DNA of 62,987 nucleotides, the filler included, from Octopus bimaculoides (Eukaryota), in NCBI RefSeq assembly GCF_001194135.2. It is 7 parts of 6 records of this genome, joined end to end, with 100 filler letters (N's around TTAATTAATTAA, not from the genome) between each part and the next. Parts side by side here need not be neighbours in the genome. Positions count along the whole stretch, not along the records: positions 15,473 to 41,121 come from NC_068983.1; 6 more parts are not named here. One strand, 5' to 3'. This document shows, piece after piece, positions 25,438 through 37,589 of this stretch. The stretch's first letter is position 1. Every line of letters begins with the position of its first letter. Below the pieces are notes generated by a model that saw only the letters and a list, made by a program, of their open reading frames with translations, was not told the origin of the DNA and searched no databases. Made by a program: the position numbers and the translations under genes.

Positions 25438-25732
25438 CAGGGGTTTTCAAACTGTGGTCCCCGTACCACAGGGGGCCCGCAAGGACAAAACAGGGGGTCC
25501 GTGGACGGCAAATACTTTTTATGGGCAATTTGATTTTATATATGTTTTTTAATCGAAATCTTTTAATTGACAATAAACCTATTTGTTAAATATTGTTAAA
25601 TAAATAAATGTATATATATGTTATTTTAAGCAAATATTTATGTGTAAATTTCATAAGCGTTTATAAAGGGGTCCCTAAGGTAAAGCCTGAAATATAAAGG
25701 GGTCCGCAAGTCAAAAAGTTTGAAAACCCCTG
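25438..25732. mobile_element. Complete 295-bp Charlie-type hAT MITE
   Basis: TIRs CAGGGGTTTTCAAACT and AGTTTGAAAACCCCTG; flanks ATCTAGCC and A(T)TCTAGCC, an 8-bp TSD with a 1-nt indel. Confidence 0.9.
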
Positions 25733-25827
25733 ATTCTAGCCTATTCGATTTAGCCTTCTCTAATCAAAGTCATCCATAAGCATGCGAGTAGTAAGTTTAA
25801 CAAAATGAAAGTTGTGACGGATTTTTC

Positions 25828-26694
25828 CCTTTGAACGGCACATCGAGAAATTTATTTTTTGTAACGAAACACTTTCAAATTTCGAACACTGGTAGAATGC
25901 GTCATATAAAACATCTTTTACTCTTAGTGTTGTTGAGAAAAGTTTATATTTTTAAAGTTATTTCGTGTTAAAGTTGTCGTATTTCGGTAATTTCAACCAA
26001 TCAATGACGTGTATTCAGCTGAATAAAATTACTGCCGCTGTTTGTCAAGAACAACTATCGGCGGTGTATATTTCGTTTGTCACTGTTATTTATGACATTG
26101 TTCGTGCGTTTGTACTGGTTTTAGCTTTAGGGTTTTAGGGTTAGGGTTTTAGGGTCAGGGTCAGGGATAGGGTTTTAGGCTTAGGGTTAGGGTTCGGGTT
26201 TTAGAGTTAGGGTTAGGGTTCGGGTCTTAGAGTTAGGGTTAGGGTTCGGGTTTTAGGGTTACGGTTAGGGTTAAGGTTTTAGAGTTAGGGTTAGGGTTAG
26301 GGTTGGGATTTTAGGATTAGAGTTACGGAAAAATGTGAAAAATGAAGAGATTGGAGGGGGACGGAGACAAAAATGTGTTTCCGAAAATAGTAGCTGAAAA
26401 ACAGGAAAAAAAAACTAAAAGCAGTAGAAATGCACGAACGATTGTGGTGGTGTCATGAAGTAAACATGCTTCTGATACACTCGTTTATTCATACAAACGT
26501 AACTGAGATGAAATATGTCATAAATAACAGTGACAAACGAAATATACACCGCCGGAAGTTGTTGTTGACAAGCTACAGCAGTAATTGTTTTCATCTCAAT
26601 AGACGTCATTGATTGGTTGAAATTACCGAAATACGACAACTTTAACGCGAAATAACTTCGAAAATACACAATTTTCTCAAAATATTCTTTATGT
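25828..26694. mobile_element. Foldback element with long TIRs enclosing about 210 bp of degenerate (TTAGGG)n
   Basis: Arm 25960-26099 is the reverse complement of arm 26513-26660 (about 85% by eye); TTAGGG-type repeats at about 26110-26325; the right end runs into a gap. Confidence 0.85.
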
Positions 26695-27441
26695 NNNNNN
26701 NNNNNNNNNNNNNNNNNNNNNNNNNNNNNNNNNNNNNNNNNNNNNNNNNNNNNNNNNNNNNNNNNNNNNNNNNNNNNNNNNNNNNNNNNNNNNNNNNNNN
26801 NNNNNNNNNNNNNNNNNNNNNNNNNNNNNNNNNNNNNNNNNNNNNNNNNNNNNNNNNNNNNNNNNNNNNNNNNNNNNNNNNNNNNNNNNNNNNNNNNNNN
26901 NNNNNNNNNNNNNNNNNNNNNNNNNNNNNNNNNNNNNNNNNNNNNNNNNNNNNNNNNNNNNNNNNNNNNNNNNNNNNNNNNNNNNNNNNNNNNNNNNNNN
27001 NNNNNNNNNNNNNNNNNNNNNNNNNNNNNNNNNNNNNNNNNNNNNNNNNNNNNNNNNNNNNNNNNNNNNNNNNNNNNNNNNNNNNNNNNNNNNNNNNNNN
27101 NNNNNNNNNNNNNNNNNNNNNNNNNNNNNNNNNNNNNNNNNNNNNNNNNNNNNNNNNNNNNNNNNNNNNNNNNNNNNNNNNNNNNNNNNNNNNNNNNNNN
27201 NNNNNNNNNNNNNNNNNNNNNNNNNNNNNNNNNNNNNNNNNNNNNNNNNNNNNNNNNNNNNNNNNNNNNNNNNNNNNNNNNNNNNNNNNNNNNNNNNNNN
27301 NNNNNNNNNNNNNNNNNNNNNNNNNNNNNATTTTTCATAAGGTTCGTTTTTTTAAGAACCGAAACATGTGAAATATCTCTGAGAAAATTATAAATTAAAA
27401 TTTATTTTATATAGTGGCGTTTTCAAACTTCTTTTTTATAA

Positions 27442-27527
<86 letters not shown>

Positions 27528-28587
27528 GTGAGTTAAGTTAGAGGTTATAACAACCGTTTAAAGGATACTTGTATCCAATGAAGCAACTGGTGTATTACCT
27601 ATATGTGATTGTGAGCATTAGTATTAATGCTCATAAATGACAAGTAATGACAAGAATATACCGACGTTTATCTATATTTAAAGAAAAAAGAAAATGGAGA
27701 TAAAATTAATGAATGATAATTGATGAACAATTATCATTTATTGATTATAAAAGACAGAATCTCATCTGACAGCTGTTTCTGTTGGTGCTATTCTCAGGCT
27801 TAACTACCACAATAATAATAATAATAATTATCATTGTAAGTAATTAATTATACCAATTTGAATAACTTCATCAGAGCGGAAAAGTAAAGAAAAAGAAAAA
27901 GAGGGAGAAAGCGAGAAGATGATGATATATCAATTCATATTACACGTTGTCCCTCTGGGAACCTTTTGACCGGCAAAAATTTAGTAACAGAATTGGAATA
28001 GTTATAATACTTAGTAGTACATTCCTATATACGGGAAGAAGGCTACTGTCGGCATGGGTTAAATATACAATAACTATAGGAGTATTTTGGTTAGCTCGTA
28101 AAATAAAAATAAAAAGTAAGAAATAGAATTGAAAATACCGGCAGTTACAGAATTAAAATAATAACAGTTAACTATAATTTGTTATTTATCACTGATTTTC
28201 TATGTGTTTTACTTGGTATTATATGTGGTCGACATACCTGAAACAACCCCAGATCAGGAGTAGGAATGTTCAAGACAGTAAGAGGATACTATTGATCAGT
28301 TAATTTCAAAAATAAAAGGACAGACATTAAAGAACCGTTAATCGATGGAGCGGAAATAGATAAACAATGAATATTTATCGTAAGGGGTAGAAAGTCGCTT
28401 ATATCCATGCAGATTAGAAGTGTATAATGTGGTAGGAACATTTACGAATATCTGTGGTTAATGAGAGGCAATTATTAATTTATCAAGCAATATCTAAGCT
28501 TAAGTATTTATTCCTCAAGCGCTTAAAAGAGTTTAGCCAGAGTTGTTTATGTATTATATTAAATTATGTAATGTGTATAGATGTATA

Positions 28588-28974
28588 GTGGAGGTGCAAT
28601 GGCCCAGTGGTTAGGGCAGCGGACTCGTGGTCGTAGGATCGCGGTTTCGATTCCCAGACCGGGCGTTGTGAGTGTTTATTGAGCGAAAACACCAAAAGTT
28701 CCACGAGGCTCCGGCAGGGGATGGTGGCGAACCCTGTTGTACCCTTTCACCACAACTTTCTCTCACTCTTTCTTCCTGTTTCTGTTATACCTGTATTTCA
28801 AAGGGGCCAGCCTTGTCACACTCTGTGTCACGCTGAATCTCCCCCGAGAACTACGTTAAGGGTACACGTGTCTGTGGAGTGCTCAGCCACTTGCACGTTA
28901 ATTTCACGAGCAGGCTGTTTCGTTGATCGGATCAACTGAAACCCTCGTCATCGTAACCGACGGAGTGCCAACCA
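28588..28974 (+). mobile_element. Approximately 390-bp tRNA-derived SINE, full length
   Basis: Same family as 18349-18742; TSD ATAGATGTATA (28577-28587, 28975-28985). Confidence 0.93.
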
Positions 28975-29479
28975 ATAGATGTATAGATGGGCGGACTGTA
29001 TCCAATCTACAATATTACACAATATAATATAATATACTATGTGAATGAAAATAACTGAATAGCTAAAGTAAGTAGCAAAATTAAAATTAAATGGGTTATA
29101 GTTTTTCAGATAACAAAAAGAGGGGTGGTCCAATGGGACTAGCTAGAACCTAGGAAGGTATTGTGTATATCCGTGCGTATGTTGTTTATCTTGCCGCGCC
29201 TCTTCGCACACATATGGGTACCTGTAAGTCTACACACATACATCAATGGATGTACTTATGCATACACAAACAGTCATATAGATACAGGTTCATACACACA
29301 CATATATACAGTTATGTGTAAATTAATATAGAAAGAAAGATAAGTACGTACCTAAATAAGAGTGAAAAGTTGAAATTTAGTTATGTAAGGAGAATGTTTA
29401 GCTGTGTGGGAAAAAGTGCTAGCAGTGAGTTATTGGACTAGACGGGAGGATTGGTATATCTGTTTCAAGATATTTAATT

Positions 29480-31790
29480 GCTGAGTTTTAACAATGAGAG
29501 ATGAGGTAAAAGTTAATCAAGTTATACCAAATGGGCTTGCAACAAGGACAAATCTTGTTGCCAAAAATGAAATCCCCGAGATGGCAGGAAACTATAGGCC
29601 CATTGCTTACCGAAACATTATGTACAAACTGTACACAAGTTGCCTCAACCATTTCCTCCAGGACCATTGTGAGTCGAACAACATTGTGACTGATAAACAG
29701 ACTGGTAGAAACAAGGGAGTGTGGGGATGTGCCGAACAACTTTTAATAAACAAAACTGTTCTCTGAAGTAAAAAAACAACGCAGAAACCTTGTGACAGTA
29801 TGGCTTGACTATAAGAAGGCATTCGACTCTATCCCTCATTCATGGCTATTGAAGTGCCTTCATCTGGCAAAAGTACCTACTACTTTAATTACTACTATAG
29901 AGAGACTCACAAAGACATGGACAACAATTCTTACCCTTACAACTGAGAACATAATAATTGTTTATGATAGTATAGACATTTCAAAGGGAATATTCCAGGG
30001 AGATTGTCTTTCTGTACTTCTTTTCATTTTGGCACTGAATCCATTATCGTTCCTACTGCAGAAAACAAATGGTTACATGCTAGGATCTTCAACTGCTAGA
30101 AATATCAGTGTAACTCATAATTTCTTTATAGACGACTTGAAGATTTGTACTAAAAGTGTTAACAATGCCAAAGAAAAAACTGGAGTACATAACATTTTCA
30201 GCTGATATGGGTATGGAATTTGGCCAAAAGAAATGTTCATATTTGGTTATAGAACATGAAAAGTCAGTCCACCAAACCTAAAACCTGTGCATCAACGGTC
30301 TCTCTATCTCTCCCATTCCACACAAAGAATGTTACAAGTACCTAGGCATAGACGAAAATGTATCATGAAGGCACTGTAGATAAAGATAGAGTGACTCGAG
30401 AATATTACATCAAACTTAGGAAAATATGACAGTCGGAACTCGCCTCTTACAACAAGACAATATACCACAATGCATTTGCAGTACTAGTGCTGATCCCAAC
30501 ATTTGGGATACTTGATTGGTCTGTAGAGGAAATCCACTCCATATATATCAAGACCCGCAAAATCCTGACAACAGCTGGGAACTTCCACAGAAACAGTGAT
30601 GTTGACAGGCTCTATCTAAGAAGAAATGAAGGTGGTAGAGGGCTGAGATCGAAATGAAAGTGGTAGAGTGCTGAGATCGAATGCTGTATGGTATCACTCA
30701 GGCAGCATCTGGTAAACAACAGCAGCAAAAATAAATATATAAATGCAGTGCTGAAAAATGAAGTGAGCAACATGGTACGAGTTGGTACTCCTCAAGAAGC
30801 ACTCTCTTCCTGATGATCTCCAATACAGCCCCAAAACAGCTGGGCTCTCTTACCTCAGAGAAGACCTGGATGGAAAGCACTCAGCATGCAAAAACAGACT
30901 ATGCATGGGTATGTGGCCCGGAAGCTTGAGGAAGGCAGTAGAATTGACATGAAGCGCAGCCTCTCTTGGACACAAGACCACTACATCACATCACACTTTG
31001 AGAGTTATGTGTTTGCAATCCAGGAACAAGAGATGGTCTCAAAGTACCTGATGAACACGAGAGACAGTGACACTTTTGTAATCCCAAGGTGCAGCCGCAT
31101 GTGTAGGCTATGTCATGTTTCTGTGAAAGACATCACGCATGTGATTAGCAGCTGTCCTAAAATGTCGTCACGGTACTACCTCACTATGCGGCACGATGTT
31201 GTTGCTAAAACAATTTACAATGCCATCCGCAAAAAAAGACTGCCCTAAAATAAACTTAGAAAATACTTCTGTGTGAAATACATTCATAAACACCAACCCA
31301 AGGAATACTGGTGGAATATTCCCATCAAAACTTCTGTCAAATGTAAACATAACAGGCTGGATATTGATGTTTGGGACAGACGGGCAAAGGTATGTACCAC
31401 CAGAGAGGTCAGCTGCCCTACAGATATAAATATCTCTTTGAAAATAAAAAAAAAGAGGGCATCTATGGACAACTGCTTTGAAACTTCCATCTTCTATATC
31501 CAGACTATGAATTCATATTCATACCAATAATAATTGGAGCACTAGGTTTTGTTAGTAAATGCTTAAAGGAGAATCTGGATAAACTGGGATTTTTAGAAAG
31601 AGAAATCGATCGGCTAATTTGTACAAGTGCAATCTGTGAGTGGAACAGTAAAAATATGCAAGACTTTTCTCAAGTTCCAAATGTGAATTTGTCTATGTTA
31701 ACTACATCCCAAAGATGGAGCTTTGTATCTTTGTTGGAAACCGGCTCCGTCTTCAGTGGAAGATTTTCAATAACTAAAAAGTTGAAGAGA
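29480..31790 (+). mobile_element. R4-clade non-LTR retrotransposon (RT, CCHC finger, restriction-like endonuclease), 5'-truncated and degraded
   Basis: NYRPIAYRNIMYKLYTS, WLDYKKAFDSIPHSWL, GIFQGDCLS, FFIDDLK, CRLC...DITHVISSCP...RHD and HNRLD.D...EVSCP motifs, with frameshifts and stops. Confidence 0.92.
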
Positions 31791-33179
31791 CATGCATACA
31801 TATATACATACATACNNNNNNNNNNNNNNNNNNNNNNNNNNNNNNNNNNNNNNNNNNNNNNNNNNNNNNNNNNNNNNNNNNNNNNNNNNNNNNNNNNNNN
31901 NNNNNNNNNNNNNNNNNNNNNNNNNNNNNNNNNNNNNNNNNNNNNNNNNNNNNNNNNNNNNNNNNNNNNNNNNNNNNNNNNNNNNNNNNNNNNNNNNNNN
32001 NNNNNNNNNNNNNNNNNNNNNNNNNNNNNNNNNNNNNNNNNNNNNNNNNNNNNNNNNNNNNNNNNNNNNNNNNNNNNNNNNNNNNNNNNNNNNNNNNNNN
32101 NNNNNNNNNNNNNNNNNNNNNNNNNNNNNNNNNNNNNNNNNNNNNNNNNNNNNNNNNNNNNNNNNNNNNNNNNNNNNNNNNNNNNNNNNNNNNNNNNNNN
32201 NNNNNNNNNNNNNNNNNNNNNNNNNNNNNNNNNNNNNNNNNNNNNNNNNNNNNNNNNNNNNNNNNNNNNNNNNNNNNNNNNNNNNNNNNNNNNNNNNNNN
32301 NNNNNNNNNNNNNNNNNNNNNNNNNNNNNNNNNNNNNNNNNNNNNNNNNNNNNNNNNNNNNNNNNNNNNNNNNNNNNNNNNNNNNNNNNNNNNNNNNNNN
32401 NNNNNNNNNNNNNNNNNNNNNNNNNNNNNNNNNNNNNNNNNNNNNNNNNNNNNNNNNNNNNNNNNNNNNNNNNNNNNNNNNNNNNNNNNNNNNNNNNNNN
32501 NNNNNNNNNNNNNNNNNNNNNNNNNNNNNNNNNNNNNNNNNNNNGTGTGTTTCTTTCTATCTCTCCTTCCAAGTTTCATGATACTGACAACAAATAATGT
32601 AATTAATGTTTCATAATTTCATGGATTGGTAGTGCTTATGAAATGTAAAACTCGTGAAAATGGCCAAACGGTGTATAGTGCTACTTTTGGTTTGGCAATA
32701 CATGTATTTGATTTTTATTTTTTCAGTTGCTAGTGGACTGAGTTTGTATTTCATTCTGTCAATTTACATAGTGCTGGTGATGTCGCTATGTGCATTTTGT
32801 TTTTCCAAATTTAATCAATAAAATTATCTTCACCCTCGAAAAAATATCTCTGGAATATTTCATTAAAAAATATTCATTTAACAAAGTCCTGTCCGTGGTG
32901 GGGTTTCATCATAAGACAAAAACATTTACATCTCTTAATAATTTCTCTCGAATGTTTATAACTTCGTAAAAATCTTGAAATAAAATTTATTTAGATGTTG
33001 TCGGAACAGACACACATATCTCTTTATTCATAAATTTCTCACTGGGAAACTTTCAAATTAAAATAATTAATTTATTTCTTAACTCTCAGAAATGTTAACC
33101 ACATCATTTTGTTTGTTTAGCCTGCTTTATTTTCTTATTCTTATTCTTCTTTCCATCTAGGTCACCATTGACTGATCTT

Positions 33180-33580
33180 GTTCAATTATCATCTCTGGCA
33201 GATTCGCATGTGGGTTACAAGGTCTGCTCTTGATCTCCAGCAGTGATGTCATGTACTACAGGTGAAGCTACTTGACGCAACGGAGAAGTGTCATCTCTCA
33301 TGTGCCCTTTTGTATTCTCCCTGTTGTTTCTCCTCAATGGATGGAACTACGAACGTCAGCGATTGGTGCCACTCATCGTACTGAAGAGCCTTCTCCTCCA
33401 AGGTGTCTGGGGGATTTAACAGAGTTTTTCATGTCTCTTCAATACAACCTTGTATCGCACTCTCTGGCAACCACGGCTCCGCCTGCCCTGACGCAGTTCA
33501 GCAAAGAAAACTCTCTTTGGGAGCCTGCTGCCCTCCTTCATGCAAACATTTACGAAAAGTAAAGAAAAATACGATTGCAA
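33180..33580 (-). mobile_element. RTE (BovB/Expander-like) LINE 3' fragment
   Basis: MKEGSRLPKRVFFAELRQGRRSRGCQRVRYK matches the RLPK..FYGEL..GKR.RGGQRKRYKD motif. Confidence 0.85.
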
Positions 33581-34756
33581 CCCAATCTCATCCAATAACA
33601 ATAAGCCATAGACATTACACGAGATATCTCAAGCAAATGAACCTTCAACCGATCGTGTCGTCCCTACCAGTAAATGACAAATCAAACCCTATTCCACTCT
33701 TCTTAATAACATTTGATTACTTTCTTGTTCTTGCGCATCACATTTTCATACCATTCTAGATTCCGGTATCCTTTATATCTTTTTTATCGCATTAGAATGT
33801 CCATCAATTGTTTAAAAGCCACCTGACCGCTTTCAATACCCAATAAGTCGCACAAAGTGAAAATATTTTTATATTTAAAATTAAGTTTTAAGTTCTTTTT
33901 ATTAGCTGGTTAAATATTCGGTCCATAAAAAATGTGTAGAGTAGAACATCTGATGTTTTCTAATTTTAAGGCGGCGAGCTGGCAGAATCGTTTACACGCC
34001 GGTCAAAATGTATAGTTCAATCTCTTCCGTGGTCGAATTTGCCTTTCATCCATTCCGGAGTCGATAAAATAAGCACTGGGGTCAATGTAACTGATTTAAC
34101 TCCTCCTCCTCAAATTGCTGGCCTTGTGCCAAATTTTTGCACCGATATTCTCTAATATCAGTTTAACGCATATCACAATTAAGTCAATAATTGGAGGCCA
34201 TTTAAAGGCGGCGATCTGGCAGAAACGTTAGCACTCCTGGAAAAATGCTTAGCGGTATTTCGTCTGTTTTTACGTTCTGATTTCAAATTCCGCCGAGGTC
34301 GACTTTGCCTTTCATCCTTTCGGGGCCGATAAATTAAGTACCAGTTGCGTACGGGGGTTGATCTAATTGAGTGGTCCCACCTCCCCAAAAATTTTGGGCC
34401 TTGTGCCTAGAGTAGAAAAGAATAACTGGAGGCCATTTGAACTATGTAGAATACTACGTCCAAATCGAAGGAAACAACCTGTTATCTGCAAACAACCTGT
34501 TGCATATCATTCTTCTTCGCTTGACATGGGAATAGATATAGTATGTAAATGATATACAGTACTTAATATTGAGAAATTAAGATTAATGTCAAATAACATT
34601 TAAGAAACTCTGGATATCAGTGTCATATAATTATCTATTAATCGTGTTTCAGAATCTGATGCGGATTTGGTAAGGACTTTCTTGTCACACTATAAAACTA
34701 ATGTAAAGGAAAAGAAAACAAGGACGCACACATGTAATGTGTTTGTGTGTGTGTGT

Positions 34757-34798
<42 letters not shown>

Positions 34799-35439
34799 AC
34801 ACATATACATACATACATATCTACATATTCACGCACGTGCAGTATGAATGTGTATGTGTGTGTGTGCAATATAATATAAATCTCGTTCTGTGTGTGTAAA
34901 AGATTATAACGGCTGTATTTTTCAACTATTTTTTCTCCAAACTGGGAACATACATTACGTATGTTCCAGGGATGGTTTTAGACTCTTAAAATTTTTCACA
35001 TAATGAGTAACGGACCCCTGGGACAGAAAACACCCGTTCCTGGGTTACGTGGAGAAGGGCAGTAACTCTTTCCGAAGTAACTTTCAGAAAATGATTGTCT
35101 TCCTAGCATCCATTGGTCATAAAAAGAATTTTAAATATTACTTTTAATATTAGGTTCACGTCTTTCAAAGCTTTTAGAATATTTGCTTCCGGTTTTCTAG
35201 CGTAAATGACGTCTATATCTCTCTATTCATCTCTATCTATGTCTTTCTCTCTATATATATATCTATTTATACGTCTCTGTCCATCTCTGTCTCTATATCT
35301 ATCTATGTCTCTGTATCTATATCTTATTTGTGTCTATATCTTATTTATCTTATTTGTGTCTATATCTTATTTATCTATCTGTATCTATCTTGTTTATCTA
35401 ACTAGTTATCTCTCTCTCCCCCTCTCTCCCTATATTTCA

Positions 35440-36955
35440 CTCACTCTCTATTGTTTTCAATTTCACTTTTCAGACGCTATTGTTTTCACTCTAAGTTCAA
35501 CTGGTATTGTTTTCACTGTAAGTTTTCAATCGCTATTTACGAACAACGACAAANNNNNNNNNNNNNNNNNNNNNNNNNNNNNNNNNNNNNNNNNNNNNNN
35601 NNNNNNNNNNNNNNNNNNNNNNNNNNNNNNNNNNNNNNNNNNNNNNNNNNNNNNNNNNNNNNNNNNNNNNNNNNNNNNNNNNNNNNNNNNNNNNNNNNNN
35701 NNNNNNNNNNNNNNNNNNNNNNNNNNNNNNNNNNNNNNNNNNNNNNNNNNNNNNNNNNNNNNNNNNNNNNNNNNNNNNNNNNNNNNNNNNNNNNNNNNNN
35801 NNNNNNNNNNNNNNNNNATTTCCCTCAAAATTTCTTATTTACTTTTGCAACGGTTCTGTGTTTTCTGTTGTTAACGGTTTTTTTTTTTGGTTCCTTCGAT
35901 ACTGGCTCTTTGGTTCACTGGCAAATTTCGCTTCAACCCGTACAATGCTTTATTTTCCGTAAAAATTTCTTATTTACTTTCTACCCGTCGTATTAAGAAA
36001 TATAATTTCCGTTACCCACTTATTTTCATCGTTTACTATCTTCTGCACCCGTGTATTTCTGTATACGTATATAACCATACCTAGAAGGAAAATGTCAAAT
36101 TTGTCTACAATGTCAAGGTCAACTAAAAAGAATGTCTCTGTCCAAAGAAAAAGAGACAGCTTAAGAAAAGGAAGCATACCAAAAACGAACAGCCTGTGCA
36201 CTACAAAAGCCAGACCATCTTATAGTGATGAACAGAGGAACGCACGGCTGAGAAGGAATAGGATCTCCACTGCAGAACGAAGAGCAGTTGCAACAACTCA
36301 GAGAAGCAACTTCTATGAAGCAGCTTTCAATTATGATCCAGCAGTTCCTTATGCAGATGACACTAGAGTTTCCATTGGTGCAAAGACAACTGTAAAGCAA
36401 GAAAGAGGCCTGGAGAGACACCTGCACTGTGCTGCAGTGGTAGAAAGGTTAAGCCCCCTGCAATCCCCAACCTCCAGAACCATTGAAGAAACTGTTCTCA
36501 TCAACTGACCAAGATTCCAAGCACTTCCAAAACAAAATTAGATAATACAACGCTGCAATACAGATGACATCATTTGGAACCACAAGAGATTTAACTGTAA
36601 ACTTTCAAGATCCACGGTCAGATTTATCATTGGATTAGCTTTCTACTATTTCTGTCAAATGAATCGCCAAAATCGATCTTTAATTGATTATAATCTGTGC
36701 CTGTTTTTTGGTAACGAAATAAGCTACACAAAATGTGTTTTTGAATTATGTGTATTTACTTTATATACATATATGAGTTGAAAACTTTCTTTTAACATTT
36801 CACTTAACGTCTATGTTCCATGCTGGCATTGGTTGGTGAGTTATTAATGAAGAAAGTTGGTATCTCAGCTACTAGCAGTTGTGACCTGCGCAATCTTGAC
36901 GGCGTTTTAAAATTTCATTCTCTTTAACCCGGGCAAGGCAGGATATTTCTGCATA
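35440..36955 (+). mobile_element. Internally deleted Helitron: RepHel N-terminal region plus a degenerate 3' hairpin
   Basis: AAFNYDPAVPYADDTRVSIG; then, across frameshifts, PGETPALCCSGGKVK, SKHFQNKIR*YNAAIQMTSFG and TFKIHGQIYH, all diagnostic of the metazoan Helitron N-terminus. The 3' CCCGGGCAAGGCAGGATATTTCTGC resembles a terminal hairpin. Boundaries are approximate. Confidence 0.85.
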
Positions 36956-37589
36956 TATATATATATATANNNNNNNNNNNNNNNNNNNNNNNNNNNNNNN
37001 NNNNNNNNNNNNNNNNNNNNNNNNNNNNNNNNNNNNNNNNNNNNNNNNNNNNNNNNNNNNNNNNNNNNNNNNNNNNNNNNNNNNNNNNNNNNNNNNNNNN
37101 NNNNNNNNNNNNNNNNNNNNNNNNNNNNNNNNNNNNNNNNNNNNNNNNNNNNNNNNNNNNNNNNNNNNNNNNNNNNNNNNNNNNNNNNNNNNNNNNNNNN
37201 NNNNNNNNNNNNNNNNNNNNNNNNNNNNNNNNNNNNNNNNNNNNNNNNNNNNNNNNNNNNNNNNNNNNNNNNNNNNNNNNNNNNNNNNNNNNNNNNNNNN
37301 NNNNNNNNNNNNNNNNNNNNNNNNNNNNNNNNNNNNNNNNNNNNNNNNNNNNNNNNNNNNNNNNNNNNNNNNNNNNNNNNNNNNNNNNNNNNNNNNNNNN
37401 NNNNNNNNNNNNNNNNNNNNNNNNNNNNNNNNNNNNNNNNNNNNNNNNNNNNNNNNNNNNNNNNNNNNNNNNNNNNNNNNNGTAGTAGTAGTAGTAGTAA
37501 CAGAAAAAGAAGGAATTTCGATTATCCCCACGTGCTGAGTTGTAATATATATAAGAAATTAAAAAAGGAAAATACACACACTTAACGTA

